Shown here piece by piece: positions 13,605 through 28,499 of a stretch of 64,000 nucleotides of DNA. The notes under the pieces are model-generated. The model was not told the DNA's origin and ran no database searches. It saw nothing but the letters and a program-made list of their open reading frames with translations. Source of the DNA: Octopus bimaculoides (taxonomy: Eukaryota); the NCBI RefSeq assembly GCF_001194135.2, contig NC_069003.1, positions 31,937,463 through 32,001,462 of the forward strand, read 5' to 3'. Made by a program: the position numbers and the translations under genes. Within the stretch, counting starts at the first letter, position 1. The number at the start of each line of letters is the position of its first letter.

Positions 13605-14739
13605 TACAATAAAGTAGATTATTTCAATGACTTATCTCTGCCTTAGCTATAATGTCTATTTTCCCATGCTTGCACAAGTTAAATGGAGTTTGTTGAGGCA
13701 GATTTTCTACAGCTGGATGCCTTTCCTGTTGCTAAACCTTCACTCGCTTCCAATTAAGGTAAAATTTTCCCATGGCCTAACATGTTTTACACAGAAGACT
13801 AGAAACGAACAGCATCCCTTGTATGACAGTAATGCTTAACTGGCTCACAGCTATAATTGGAAACACTTGCCCAAGATGCCATGCAGTGGGACTGAACCCA
13901 AAACACATACGGTTTGGGGAGCAAACTTCTTATCACAGAGCCATGTCTGCGAAATCACACAGCTTGACATATCTTTGGTATAGTAACAAAGTAAATTGCA
14001 ATAATTATAACTAGCCAATAGTTACAATAAAATAGATTATTCCAATGACTTATCTCTGCCTTAGCTGTAATATAATACAGAGTATGAAGATAAAAACTAA
14101 ACATTATATACATCAAATTAGACATATTTCCTGTAATCTACTCCATCTTGAATATATTATTGATGATTTTTCACATAGAATTTCACTTCTATTTCCTACA
14201 ATTGGAAAACAAAATTATTACGTATATTCTAAACAATGAGAGGTTTTATTCAAGCCAGCAACACTGAATCTAATGTATATTCTGGGCAGGGAAATGACTC
14301 ATAATATTCTATTGATTTTTGCCCCTTTTCTAGGGTTTTAGCCTTGTTTTTTTCCTAATTTTTATTTTTATTTTTGCATGTGTAAGGAAATATAGTAGCT
14401 TTATGTTTGTGTGAATGTGTGTGCATCTGTGTGGCAGGGGGCATATATGTGGCAGGGGGCATATATGTGGCAGGGGGCATATATGTGTCTGTCTTTAGCT
14501 GAATAACCTAACCAAATCCTTTTTAACACAAGTGGATGTTATGTTAAATAGTTCATGTTAAAGATATAAAAAAACCCCTTAGTCTTGAATAAAAATCTGC
14601 TTATCCAGATATATTACTGTTTTCGGCAAAACAGTATCTCATCACTTCTACGTTATTTTAAAAAAAGAACTACAATACTGCATCTCATGTTGACTTTACA
14701 ATTACATATCAATTTAGATTCATACCCTTTTTCTCTTGT

Positions 14740-14773
<34 letters not shown>

Positions 14774-14811
14774 CAAAAGCAACATAGGGTAGGGGATGCC
14801 AGAATTATTAA

Positions 14812-15031
14812 CCCTTTAGCCTTCCGATTACTCAGTCAAATGTAATCCTTATTTATTCACATTGTTTTGAATTAATCATGCTTTATCTTGCAGCTTCAAG
14901 ATTTCAAAATGATTGCTTGTTTAGTTTCAGAATGACACCGTAGGGTAAGTGTGAAAGGCTGGATCTGACCAGTTTGAACATAAAACGAGTGGAATATTTG
15001 GGCCGGATGTGGCCAGTTTAAATGCTAAAGG
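14812..15031. mobile_element. piggyBac-type MITE (CCCTTTAGC...GCTAAAGG)
   Basis: TTAA flanks; related copies near 8220-8392, 50235-50457 and 54935-55160. Confidence 0.75.
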
Positions 15032-15335
15032 TTAAAGTATCAAATTCCTTGCACTGCTTGTTCCACCTCTTTACTTCCTCCCTGCAGGGCAAATCCCACT
15101 GGCTTTAACATTTGTTTTCCATCCTTTTAAGCTTTATGAAATAAAGTGCCACTCAAGTACTGGGACCCAATTTCTCTCTCTCTCTCTCTCTCAGAATTGG
15201 ATGCACAATGCTGTAAGAAGAATGCGCAAATGATGGACCAATTAAAATATCATTTCCTTTTAAACAATCACATCTGCTCTACTATAAAGGAAGAATATGG
15301 TCATCACAGTCATGTGGTGGAATATGGTACAGGAT

Positions 15336-15570
15336 GGCAGCGAGCTGACAGAATCGTTAACATTCCGGGCGAAATGCTTAGCGGTATTTCGTCTGCCGCT
15401 ATATTCTGAGTTCAAATTCCGCCGAGGTCGACTTTGCCTTTCATCCTTTTGGGATCGATTAAATAAATACCAGTTACACACTAGGGTTGATATAATCAAC
15501 TTAATCCGTTTGTCTGTCCTTGTTTGTCCCCTCTGTGTGTAGCCCCTTGTGGGCAGTAAAGAAATAAGAA
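15336..15570 (+). mobile_element. SINE family D (GAGCTGxCAGAATCGTTA...GTTCTGAGTTCAAATTCCGCCGAGGTCGACTTTGCC)
   Basis: Related copies near 42700-42900 (-), 52600-52750 (-), 53790-54230 (x2) and 62920-63140. Confidence 0.75.
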
Positions 15571-18500
15571 TATGGTACAGGATGGTTCCAAGTAGTAGGG
15601 TTGATATAATCTGCAATAAACCCTATGAAGCAGTCCCCTAGCAAGGCTAAAGTCCAAGGTTTGAAACTAGGAAAAGAATCATAGAATATTATTTAAATCT
15701 TTCAATGTCGTTTCACAGAATGGAAAACAGACGTTAAATGATGATGATGATAATGATGGCGCAGGTTTGGCTGTGTGGTTAAAAAGTTTGCTTCCCAACC
15801 ACATGGCTATGGGTTCAATCACATCGTGTGACACTTTGGGCAAGTGTCGTCTACCATAACTTCATGTCTGGCCATGTGGAAGTATTACCTTGCTTGGAAA
15901 CAGGTGAGGGTTGATGACAGAAAGGGCCTCTGGCCATAGAAATACCAGTCTCAAAAAACTTCATCTGACCCATGTGAGTATGGAAAAGCGGATGTTAAAC
16001 GATTATGACAACAACGACAATGATGATGAAGACGTATGCATAAGTAAATGTAAACGCTCTAGTGTTTTTATATATAACATTCTCATGAACAGAGACAAGG
16101 TGTTTACATATCTTTATACATAATGTTGGCTAAAACTCTATAGCTAGATTCTATAAAAATAGAGTAGAATATTAAAATAAAAACACTTAATGCTGCAATA
16201 ATTTATAGCTATAAAAATACTGAGTGGCCAAGACTGGAATATCATTCATCATAGATCTGCTAGATTAAGAGTGACTTCAGAGAAACAAAAACGACATATT
16301 TTTTTTTTATGCATTTCCGTATTTTCCAGCATACAAGTTGATGCAATATATACAGTGTAAACAGATAGTGTAAACATTCAAGCATCACAATCTTTCTACA
16401 TCCTGCTGCATTTCACATGGGAAATTTTTGGTTGGCCTACCTTTCTTGGCAGTTAATTTTGGTCTGATAGAAATTTCACTTATATACTGGAAAATATGGC
16501 CGATAAGCGAAACTTGTATGCAGTCAGCTGAACCTGCTAGAAATAATGACTAAATACCTTTTGGAGGACACCCTGATGTCTTGAAAATTAAGCGACAGAG
16601 ATTTGGCTTTTATTTCTAGCAGATTAAGTGACCATGTGATATATTTATATATCACATATATATATATAGGTCAGTCCTCATCCAGCAAACCTATGATCAA
16701 ATGCACCTGTCTGTTACCATCCAGTTTGTTTACAGACATAGTATTACTAGGGTTACATCATCTAGTATGTCTGTTTTTATAAAAAAAAAATTTTTTTAAA
16801 CAGTTGGTGTTTTGGCTGTTATTTCTAGCAAGTGGAGCATCTGCATAGAGACTCCCATGTTGGCTAAAGTGAAATATTGCTTAACGCCAGGTCAGTACTA
16901 ATTCAGATGACCTATGAATAAAGACTTTCCAACCATGAACATTTCATCTGTGACTTATTTATGGCTGCATTATTCAATGTATCCTTAAATTTTCAAGACA
17001 TCAAGGTGTCATCTAAAGGATATTTGGTTGCTACTTCTAGCAGGTCCAGATGACTGCATACAAGTTTTGCTTATCTCTATATCACCAAGTCCATTTGAAA
17101 TCTTTGAGGAAACCATTTACCATAAACATCACCATCATCACAATAGTTACTTGTCAGAGGCCATATCACTGGTTACCAGCAGAGAGAGGTGTATGGATGT
17201 TATCTGTAGCTAAGAAGTGGATAGCTACATATTTGTGTGTGGTGAGAGGTGAGAATTAAGAATGTCTTGTGTACATGCTTGGATAAGCGCATTGTAAATA
17301 AGGAGATAATTTTCCACTCAAGGCCGAGCAGCTGACCAAGAATTCTGTGTTCATGTGTCTTGTTAGAAACCTCTATCAATCTCTTTTGCACTGATTGTCT
17401 CATGCTTCTAATATTTATGAACATAATTTGGCAGGAAAATCATGGAGAATTTCCATTTACCATACATCTGCAACTGAAATACTATTGGTCAAAATTCAGG
17501 GCCAGTTGCCTGATATGCTGTGGCTTATTTCTCATCACTGAACTAATGCGGCTTCAAATCTAAGCTCTGCTACACCCTCTTAACAATTTCTAGGACATGT
17601 GTCAGTGAGGGAACTCACTTACAATTTCTCAATCTGACAGAAACAACAACCTAATCACCCTCAAAAGTTACATCCTATTTTCTGAGATAAGGAAATATAT
17701 TGGCACAATGCAGTTTCTGATATTCAGAAAGACAAGATAGACACAGCCAGAACACCTTTAATTATAGGTCTTTCATTAAAGGATTCAATACATGTGTAGA
17801 GTCAGTTATTTATTTGACTTCATTGATAGTGATTTTTGAAGTTTTACCAGTTAATGGGTTGTTCAAACTGGATGGTGAAAGTTTCATCTTACTGTTTGAA
17901 CAAGCCATCATCACAAAACTTCAAAGTCACTTTCAAGAAAATTATATGTGTGTATATGCACATGTGCATACATATGCTTACAGGAGTTTTTTTTAAAGTT
18001 TTTTTTTTAATTTTTTTTTTTTTTTAGAAAAAGTGTTAACTTAGCCTTCTGATAAATAAAAAGCAATCAAATAAGGACGAGATTGAAATAAGTATTGATG
18101 TCAATATAATTGACTGAAAACCTCGAAGGCAGTGCTCCAGCATGATCGCAGTGCAATGACCGAAACCAGTAAAATAGTGACAGAGCATTTGTCGTCGGTG
18201 ATATTTTCACCTGTTATTCACAGGACGGTTCACTCAAGGTAACATGTAAACCACTGAAATTAACTCAACTGGTCAACATAACACAGTACGAAAATAAAAG
18301 TAGGGCAACAATAGTACAACAGTATTAAAAATGAATATTACGTAGATTGGTGAGTAACAGAAGAAAAGGTAGAGTACTACTGTTACACTTAAATGACTTG
18401 CTAGAATTTATGTCTGTTTGTTCACATTCAAATCTGGTTGGAGTGAGGAGGAGGTGGCGGGGTGCCTTTGCCTAGTTTAATGTTACTGAAATATTTATCA

Positions 18501-18824
18501 ATCACGTACTGAAGTTGTTTTGATCGACTTTTCTCTCCTTCCTTTACAAATCTGTGGCTTCATGCCAAAGTTAAAACCATCGGACTAGCAGAACGAGAAC
18601 AGTTAGAACCATTGAACAAGTAGAACGAGAACAGAACCAGTAGAACAGCAGACAAAGGGCTTTGCTTTTTGTTTTATATTGTTCCTTTATGTTCTGAGTT
18701 CAATACTTTACCCTTCCTGGTTCTAGGGTTGATAATATAAGTGCCTCTCACATTCTGGGGTTGATACAATTGACTTCTCTCCTTCCTTATAAATTTGAGA
18801 CTTTGTGTTGAAGTTATTTATCTA

Positions 18825-18951
18825 CAGGGTGTCCACAAAGTCTGGGTATATAGAGTAAATAAAATCCTAACATAAACAATTTAATATAAGAAATAATAAT
18901 TTCTTAAAGTATGTGTTAATCCCCAAGTACCCAGATTTTGTGGACACCCTG
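18825..18951. mobile_element. 127-bp Tc1/mariner-type MITE, TA TSD
   Basis: TIRs CAGGGTGTCCACAAA(G/A)TCTGGGTA; second copy at 63802-63928. Confidence 0.88.
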
Positions 18952-19719
18952 TACAATAGTATTCTGCTTGTCAGCCATTTATTCAAGTGGAATGAAATTA
19001 AAAACATAAGTGGAAATTTTTAAATAGCAAAGCAAGTTCAACTATTACACTTTAAACACTTTTAACTAAGAAAGTAGTCATCATCATCATTTGACGTCCG
19101 TTTTCCGTGCTGGCATGGGTTGGATGGCTTCACAGGAGCTGGCAAGCCAGAGGACTGCATTAAGCTGTAGTGTCTACTTTGACACTACTTTGTGATGGCG
19201 CATGGCTCAGTGGTTAGAGCGTTGAACTTACAATCATGGGGTTGTGAGTTCGAATTACAGGCTGTACTGAACCGGCAGGTAAATGAATCCTGGTAAAGTA
19301 TTTATTCCTAAAATATTGCTTTAAAACATTAATTAATTGTAACAAATAAGTATTATATAATATCGTGGATTTTGTAATTGGTGAGGTGGGGTACAGTTTT
19401 GTGGCTTGCCCCAGGCATGGTTTACCCTAGCTACATCACTGGTCACCAAATAACTTACAAGGCAAGACCCCCTCAACTAAGGTGGGGAACAGTATTGAAG
19501 AAAATGGCTTTGTGTCAGGAGATGAGAAGTTAGAGTATGAATAGAGGGGCAGAAATAAACGTCTAGCAGTAAAGGAGAAACATGGCTACCTTAATAGGAC
19601 AGAGAAAGAGAGAGAGAGAGAGAGAAAAGGGTGAGGGGTGAGAAAGGGGAGATAGAGACAAGAGAGAGAGGTTAGACAGAAAAAAAAATTGTACTGACAA
19701 TTAAGGGTATCACGAAAAG

Positions 19720-19886
19720 GCCTTGTCAGAGGTCCAGCCGTCCGATTTCTTTTGCAGAGCTTAGAAAAGCTAAAGGACTGCTGTAATAAGTGTGTGATTC
19801 TGAGAGGGGAATATGTTGAATAAAATCACAATTAACTGATCCTCCTTTTTTACTCAAAGCCAGGAACTTTTTAGCACCCACTTGTA
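19720..19886 (+). mobile_element. Mariner 3' end fragment
   Basis: Encodes CNKCVILRGEYVE*, the typical mariner transposase C-terminus, followed by the TIR. Confidence 0.75.
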
Positions 19887-20799
19887 TGTGTGTGTGTGTG
19901 TGTGTGCATAAATATATGAGGTGGGGCACGAGTGTGTATTTATATCATTGTTTTGACATTTTGCAATCGATATAAATGTCATACAAGTGATGTTCTGCAT
20001 TTTCAGTCTTCCAAGGGAACACAATAGGCCATGGAGGAATATTACCTTACTTAGAAACAGGTGAGGTGTGGTAATGGGAAAGGCGGTGAAATTTTATTTA
20101 TTCAAAATCATAACAAAATTTCACACACACACACAGAGAAGGTCTCACCTATATAAATATGTTTTAATATAAACCTATTTTAAAACTCGTGCGCGATTTT
20201 TTTTTCTTTTTTGTCCTCTCTTTCTGTAGTACAAGTACTTTCAGATCTGAATGCACTTTTTGACACGCTAGAGAAAGCAACACCTGCTTGGTCGTATCCT
20301 GTATAGTAAAATGTGAGTAAGAAGAAAAACGTTGAAAACTGAAAATACTATGATCGCCCACAGCGTAAAACATGTTGTTTATGTCTTTGCTCCAAACATA
20401 ATCTGTACTTGTCGAGCATTTCCTGGCTCTGTTTAGGTTAAGTAAAATGCTCAGGACCAGAGACAGAATATTTATAATGAAATGTATCTATATCGTTAGA
20501 TGAGGTATGAGGATTTGGCAATTTCTTGCTGAACAACTACACAGATTATTTATTTATAGTGATCAAATGTTTGTGTACACATAAGTCCACTCCCTCCATC
20601 AAATTGACCTGTACAAGTGCACCATGTGTCACCTGTCAGATGACAAAATGATCATAGAGCAATGTGAAATGAAGTGTCTTGCTCAAGAACACAATGCAAT
20701 GCCTGGTCTGGGAATCAAACCCACGATCTTGCAATCATTAGTGCAACACCCTAACCACTAAGCCATGCACCTTCACACACACACACACACACACATATA

Positions 20800-21240
20800 T
20801 GAGGGGAAGTCAAAAATTATCAGCACTTTCACATTAATATGTCTTTATTATTGACACACTGCCTTCTGCGCACGCGTGCTTATTATTGGTATCATTGTGG
20901 TCACGCGATTGGAGTTTGAGCCTGACCGTGCCATTTCCCTTTCTGGCTTTACAGTGTAAGCATGGCCACTCCACGAGCAATCTGCACCAAAGAAGAACAA
21001 AGATCAGCAATCTGATTTCTCTGGAAAAGGAGTGTGCGATCAAGCGTGTAAGATACAGTACTTTGCTGGTCAACAAACTGAAACCAGCAATTCACACCAA
21101 ACACCGAAGCCAATTGTCAAAGAAAGTTTTGTTGTTGTATGACAATACAGGCCCACACACAGCTGTCCAGACCGCTGAAGCCATTAACCAATTGGGTTTT
21201 GAGGTGCTGGAACACCCTGCCTACAGCTCAAATCTTACTA
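20800..21240 (+). mobile_element. Internally deleted mariner transposon relic
   Basis: TA then TGAGGGGAAGTCAAAAATTATC terminus; LLYDNTGPH...LGFEVLEHPAYSSNL resembles mariner HDNARPH and HPPYSPDL motifs. Confidence 0.85.
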
Positions 21241-22115
21241 TATATATCAGTAAAACATATTATTATTTTTATTTGAAGTCCTTTGTCTGAAATCTTTCAC
21301 CCAGCCTAATGGACTAAACAGGACAGAAGACACGTGGGATGGAGAGTCGCTGAAGAGGTCACAGAATGTGTGACAAAAGATTTCCAGACAAAGGGCACTA
21401 AAATAAGAATAACAATAATAAAGCTGAAGTGAAGAACAAATATATAGTGCTTGTGGTTATTTGGGAAAAAAATAATAATAAATACTATGAAAAAATAACT
21501 GAAAATCTTTCCCCAACCTACCCAATTCAGTATGTTTACTTCCTGACATGTTTACATTCATGGAATACCAGCTCTTGTTCTTCAAGTGCTTTTTATAAAC
21601 CATTGTGATATTAGTGGCAATACTTTACTCAGTGTTACATCTAACATGATCTTTTATCTATTATCATTTACTTTTTTTAATTCCTTTGACTGTGGCCAAG
21701 CTGGGGCACCATCAGAACTTAATTTTTTTTTTTGTCTTTGTTTTTAAAGCTGGTACTTATTCTATTGGTCTCTTCTGTCGAACTACTACATTACAGAGAT
21801 GTAAACAAACCAATATTGGTTGTCAAATTGCAGTAGGGGACAAATATAACATAATAAACACACAAAAAGACACACCCACACACCCACACCCACATTCTTT
21901 TATTCTATTATTTGTTTCAGTCATTTGACTGCAGCCATGCTGGAGCACCGCCTTTTAGTTGAATAAATCAATCCCAGGACTTATTCTTTGTAAACCTGAT
22001 ACTTATACTATCGGTCTCTTTTGCCATAACCGCTAAGTTATGGGAACATAAACACACCAATATTGGTTGTCAAGCGATGGTGGGGGGACAAACACAGACA
22101 CAAAGACACACATAA

Positions 22116-22157
<42 letters not shown>

Positions 22158-23068
22158 GATGGGCTTCTTTCTGTTTCCATCTTTCAATGGTACCTTACAT
22201 TCAAAGTATTTTACGATTATGCACCAGTTTGGCTGTATTAAATTACAGACAAGTATGAACGCGAGCAGGCAATCATAAAGGTACCTGAAAAAATGTGCAT
22301 CTCAGGAACCCGTGTTCCTATTTATGTGAAACTTGTCTTATTCCGTTTGTATTGCTATTTCAGGGGCACCTTAGCTTCAGAGTATTTTCTCATTATGCGC
22401 CAGTTTGGCTGTACTAAATTACAGATAAGCAAGCATGCACACAAAACTATCCAGGTGTTCACAATAAAGGGCAATAACTCCAGGTTTCACTGCTTAAACA
22501 TGTGGAAACAAACCCCGCAAAAAACCACGTATCTCAGGAATCCATGGTCTGATTTACATGAAACTTTTTTTATTCTGTTTGTATTCACATTTCAGGACTA
22601 CCTTACTTTCAGAGTATTATCCCATTGTGCACCATTTTGGCTGCATTAAATTACAGACAAGCGTGCAAGCAAGCAATCACAGACTTTTAGTTTTGTATAG
22701 ATAAAGAAAAATTAAACAGAGAAATGTGTCGTTGAAGAGCGAAACAGGAAGTAAGTAGGATAAAGGTTGTTCATGCAATTATACCTCTATCAGTATAAAT
22801 GTCTTCTGAATGAATTAAATAATTAATATTATAGCTCATAACTATAGGATAATTGATACAGAAATGCTGGAGGAATGCTGTATTAGAAACCTAAAATTGT
22901 ATGTATATAAAGTCCATGTAAAAGATCAAAGTCAGATGTTAATCATTAGGGGAGGCAGGGATCAGGTATTTGTCCTCAACATCTTTATGCTGAGGTACAG
23001 TGAATATCATATCTGTTGAGCAACAGTTTCATGTCACACTATTTTGGGAAGTGGTATACTCTCATATA

Positions 23069-23456
23069 GTGGAGGCGCAATGGCCCAGTGGTTAGGGCAG
23101 AGGACTCGCGGTCATAGGATCGCGGTTTCGATTCTCAGACCGGGCGTTGTGAGTGTTTATTGAGCGAAAATACCTAAAGCTCCACGAGGCTCCGGCAGGG
23201 GATGGTGGCGAACCCTGCTGTACTCTTCCACCACAACTTTCTCTCACTCTTACTTCCTGTTTCTGTTGTGCCTGTAATTCAAAGGGTCAGCCTTGTCACA
23301 CTGTGTCACGCTGAATATCCCCCGAGAACTACATTAAGGGTACACGTGTCTGTGGAGTACTCAGCCACTTGCACGTTAATTTCACGAGCAGGCTGTTCCG
23401 TTGATCGGATCAACTGGAACCCCCAACGTTGTAAGCGACGGAGTGCCAACAACAAC
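23069..23456 (+). mobile_element. Full-length tRNA-derived SINE, family B, (CAA)n tail, 13-bp TSD
   Basis: Head GGCGCAATGGCCCAGTGGTTAGG...GGTTTCGATTC; flanks ATACTCTCATATA (23056-23068) and ATACTCTCGTATA (23457-23469). Confidence 0.92.
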
Positions 23457-24134
23457 ATACTCTCGTATAAATGAAAATCTGAAATGCTTAGATGTGTGTT
23501 GGTTAAGGTTAGGTCCAATGTTACAATCAGAACAAATCAGAAGCTTTATAAATTTTTATCAAGCAATACTTGACAAAGATCAAACATAATCAATTATGAT
23601 CAACGGCAATCCCATCTTTTCATATATCTCGGACTGCACAATCAAATGTCATTTTTTTTGTCTTTAACAATGAAATGTTGTGATTCAGACATTGCAAGTT
23701 CATGCGGCTGTTCAGGTGGCCGAGAAATAAGCTCAAAGTTCAATCCCCACATTTCAAAAAACAACAGGAAGGCACCCAAGAGTGGTATACTATCATATAG
23801 TGTTAGGAAATAACAGGCCAAAACACTTGTTTGAAAGGAGTTCTTCCTCTGAAGATCTCTTCAGCTATCCACTTATGTCGTACTGAGTTTCCACTAACAG
23901 AGCTGAACATCCACGTACAGGCTCTCTCATTGGCTCACCCAACTACACTGATGTCACCAAATATGATTTGATTAATTGTGTCCCAAATATTAATGCCTGT
24001 ATACAGATTAACCAACTTCAAAAAGAGGATCTGTTTCCTCAACACAGGATGCAGTATGTTGCATAGTATTGCATAGCATCTCTGGATTTCTGGAAATTCC
24101 AGACAAGCGGTTCTGTTCCGGATTTAGGACATAC

Positions 24135-24560
24135 ACTTTTACACTTTTACACTTTTACTTTTGCTTGTTTCAGTCATTTGACTGTGGCCATGCTGGAGCA
24201 CCGCCTTTAGTCGAGCACATCGACCCCAGGACTCATTCTTTGAAAGCCTAGTACTTATTCTAGCGGGTCTCTTTTGCCGAACCGCTAAGTTACGGGGACG
24301 TAACCACACCAGCATCGACCGTCAAGCGTTGTTGGGGGGGACAAACACAGACACACAAACACACATACATATATATATATACATATACATATATACGACG
24401 GGCTTCTTTCAGTTTCCGTCTACCAAATCCACTCACAAGGCTTTGGTCGGCCCGAGGCTATGGTAGAAGGCACTTGCCCAAGGTGCCACGCAGTGGGACT
24501 GAACCCGGAAGCATGTGGTTGGTAAGCAAGCTACTTACCATACAGCCACTCCTACGCCTA
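24135..24560 (-). mobile_element. SINE family A copy (CpG-rich, apparently young)
   Basis: Reverse complement of 12992-13460 with CpGs retained. Confidence 0.88.
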
Positions 24561-24992
24561 TATCCAGTATGTCTTTAAATTTTTAAACTTTAAGGTATTA
24601 AGTTGTCGTTTGTGATATTATTTTTAATCTTAGGATATCAAGTTGCACTTTGTTTAGTTGCACTTTGTTTAGTTGCTATTCGTGATGGATCAAACAACTA
24701 CACAAAGACACCCTTTGTCCTACTCACTCAGAACAACACCGTATTTTAGTCTTGAGTCACCTCTGATGCAGCTGACCAATGACTATATTCGTAATCGAAA
24801 CCTGCTTCATCCCAACAACACACACGTGCACACACTTACGGCAACCAGTATCTACTTCCTTGACTCAAGGGTGTTATTCGAGGTTAAAACTAAATCTCAC
24901 ATGCGCCACCAAGAATCGAACTCACGACGTCATGATTGTGAGTCGAGTACCAAAACCCACTAAGCCACGCACATTCGCTGTGCATTTGTATA

Positions 24993-25256
24993 CAGGGTGG
25001 TGCAAAAGTAGGTATACAGTTAAGAAAAAAAAACGTACAATACTCGTTTATCTTGTTCAAAAAAATTAAAAGTTACGATAAAAGTATTATTATAGTTAAA
25101 TAGCTAATTTCTTCTCATTATTATAATTATGACAAATATATTATTATGAATAACAATGAAAATATCAAAAATGAGGCTAATTTAATGTGCTAATAACTTT
25201 AATGAATTAAGTATTAACATTGATGTAATACTTACTGTATATCTATTTTTGCACAC
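24993..25256. mobile_element. Tc1/mariner-type MITE, right end eroded into (CA)n
   Basis: CAGGGTGGTGCAAAAGTAGGTATACAGT pairs with ACTGTATATCTATTTTTGCAC. Confidence 0.6.
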
Positions 25257-25494
25257 ACACACACACACACACATACATATATGCAAAAGTGTGAATCTCA
25301 GATTTTAATTATTATTAAAACTAGTTACAGTTTCTCACACTCCATGACTCCGAAGTTTTTCTTGCGTCTCTTTATTTATGGAGGTAAACGTATACTGGAA
25401 TCTCAAACAAAAAGTACTCAATACTGAAGTAGAGACTAATTAATTATAGAGCACGGAGTATTCCGTAATAGAACTCTGAATTTCACAAAACCAG

Positions 25495-26290
25495 AAAGAG
25501 AGAAAGAGAGAGAGATAAAGAGACAGACAGATAGACTGACAGAGGGATAGACAAATAGACAGACAGACAGACAGACAGATAGATAGATAGATAGATAGAT
25601 AGACAGACAAATAGCCATAAATGGACAGAGATTGACATAAANNNNNNNNNNNNNNNNNNNNNNNNNNNNNNNNNNNNNNNNNNNNNNNNNNNNNNNNNNN
25701 NNNNNNNNNNNNNNNNNNNNNNNNNNNNNNNNNNNNNNNNNNNNNNNNNNNNNNNNNNNNNNNNNNNNNNNNNNNNNNNNNNNNNNNNNNNNNNNNNNNN
25801 NNNNNNNNNNNNNNNNNNNNNNNNNNNNNNNNNNNNNNNNNNNNNNNNNNNNNNNNNNNNNNNNNNNNNNNNNNNNNNNNNNNNNNNNNNNNNNNNNNNN
25901 NNNNNNNNNNNNNNNNNNNNNNNNNNNNNAGAGGGATAGACAAATAGACAGACAGATAGACTGATAGAGGGATAGACAAATAGATAGACAGACAGACAGA
26001 TAGAGGGATAGACAAATAGACAGATAGACAGACAGAGGGATAGACAAATAGATAGATAGACAGACAGATAGATAGACTGACAGAGGGATAGACAAATAGA
26101 CAGACAGATAGACTGATAGAGGGATAGACAAATAGATAGATAGACAGACAGATAGACTGACAGAGGGATAGACAAATAGACAGACAGACAGACAGACAGA
26201 TAGATAGATAGATAGATAGATAGACAGACAAATAGCCATAAATGGACAGAGATTGACATAAACAGACAAGTAGACAGATAGACAGATACT
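25495..26290 (+). repeat. (GACA)/(GATA) compound satellite with a GAGGGATAGACAAATA higher-order unit, spanning an N gap
   Basis: Direct inspection. Confidence 0.85.
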
Positions 26291-26515
26291 CAAAAGTTGT
26301 TTAATAAAAAAAAACTACATTTTAAGAGATATTGAATTCTGTGTTTTGGATGAGACACGAAAATTTCTATCGTGACTACGATCATCCGACCACATTACAT
26401 GTAACTTTATAACACAGCAAACAGTTGTCAATTTAGGAAAGGACACACACACACACGCACACATAAAATAAGCAGGCTTAACCCATCCTACAAGTATGTT
26501 TGTGCGCGCGCGCGC

Positions 26516-26565
<50 letters not shown>

Positions 26566-27157
26566 TATTTTTGTTTTTAATCTACATAAAGTTACAAGAT
26601 ATTCAAAGGCGGAGAGTTTTCGTGAATGATTATATATATATAGGTTAGGTGATACAAACAAGAAAAATAGAACTCAATACATGAATANNNNNNNNNNNNN
26701 NNNNNNNNNNNNNNNNNNNNNNNNNNNNNNNNNNNNNNNNNNNNNNNNNNNNNNNNNNNNNNNNNNNNNNNNNNNNNNNNNNNNNNNNNNNNNNNNNNNN
26801 NNNNNNNNNNNNNNNNNNNNNNNNNNNNNNNNNNNNNNNNNNNNNNNNNNNNNNNNNNNNNNNNNNNNNNNNNNNNNNNNNNNNNNNNNNNNNNNNNNNN
26901 NNNNNNNNNNNNNNNNNNNNNNNNNNNNNNNNNNNNNNNNNNNNNNNNNNNNNNNNNNNNNNNNNNNNNNNNNNNNNNNNNNNNNNNNNNNNNNNNNNNN
27001 NNNNNNNNNNNNNNNNNNNNNNNNNNNNNNNNNNNNNNNNNNNNNNNNNNNNNNNNNNNNNNNNNNNNNNNNNNNNNNNNNNNNNNNNNNNNNNNNNNNN
27101 NNNNNNNNNNNNNNNNNNNNNNNNNNNNNNNNNNNNNNNNNNNNNNNNNNNNTATAA

Positions 27158-27191
<34 letters not shown>

Positions 27192-27769
27192 CGAGTCAAT
27201 GACTGGGGGGTTTCGCAGTAGCTCGACCTAGTTAGAAATAGCAGCCAAATCTTCCACAATCACACTCCCAACACTGCCGTAAATAAGTAAAGGAAACATC
27301 AGCTAACGTAGCCCCGAGATACTTCTAAAAAGACGGAGTGGTAACGACTACGCTGCCCTGATCATGCGACTACTCGATCAGAAACTGGCTGGAGGTTAAA
27401 CAAGAAGAGTTATTAAAAGAAATAGGGGGGAAACAGGAACAAAACACTGAGCCGGGGAAATTATGAATATAAATCCTCTTCAGTTATTTGCCGTCTCTGG
27501 GTAATTAAAAATAACATCGGTCTTACATCACCATACAGCTGTTGGGACGTATGGGTAGGTCTGTACGTTATAGATTTCATGTTTAGGTTTTTCGTGGAAA
27601 TACGTAAACAATACCCATGAAAGAGTTAGAGCGGGTGTGTGTGTTTGGTCATAAATAGAAAAGAACTTGAGGCATAAAGCATTGTCTGCGTGTGAGAGAG
27701 AGAAAAATAGATAGATAGATAGATAGATAGACAGATAGATAACCATATATACATGCATATACATACACA

Positions 27770-27912
27770 CACATACATCCACATACATAATATGCATATA
27801 TACATACATATATACGTATATATACATATATATAGATATGCATATATACATATATATATACATATGCATATATACATATATATACATATGCATATACACA
27901 TATATATACATA

Positions 27913-28002
<90 letters not shown>

Positions 28003-28093
28003 TATGTATACATATTTATACTTACAGATAAACATGTATATATATATATAAACGTACATATACACACAAGGATACTGAGATAGACAGACAGAC

Positions 28094-28153
<60 letters not shown>

Positions 28154-28155
28154 TC
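27770..28155 (+). repeat. (TA)n/(CATATA)n plus (GATA)n microsatellite block, representative of many (e.g. 4730-4960, 40330-40630, 41020-41330, 47130-47490)
   Basis: Direct inspection. Confidence 0.9.
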
Positions 28156-28447
28156 TATCTACTTAGAATTTTCTTAGCAGTAAAGTAATAATTGAACAAA
28201 ACACAAATACTGTTCACTACGCAAATATATTTACTTTATACGAATGATTGACAATTTAATACTAATTCCTTTATTTCTCCTGTTGAGCAAAAACATTGAT
28301 TATGCGCTATATAGTTCTGCATAGGAAGCAACTAACAGTGTATGTGTGTATACATACATACATACATATATATATATACATNNNNNNNNNNNNNNNNNNN
28401 NNNNNNNNNNNNNNNNNNNNNNNNNNNNNNNNNNNNNNNNNNNNNNN

Positions 28448-28499
<52 letters not shown>

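Noticed and set aside
23600-24110. Coding-like stretch, possible decayed LINE
   Set aside because: Multiple stops and no motif I can name with confidence.
25505-26262. Identical ~113-nt blocks either side of the N gap
   Set aside because: Most likely an assembly overlap across the gap rather than a biological duplication.
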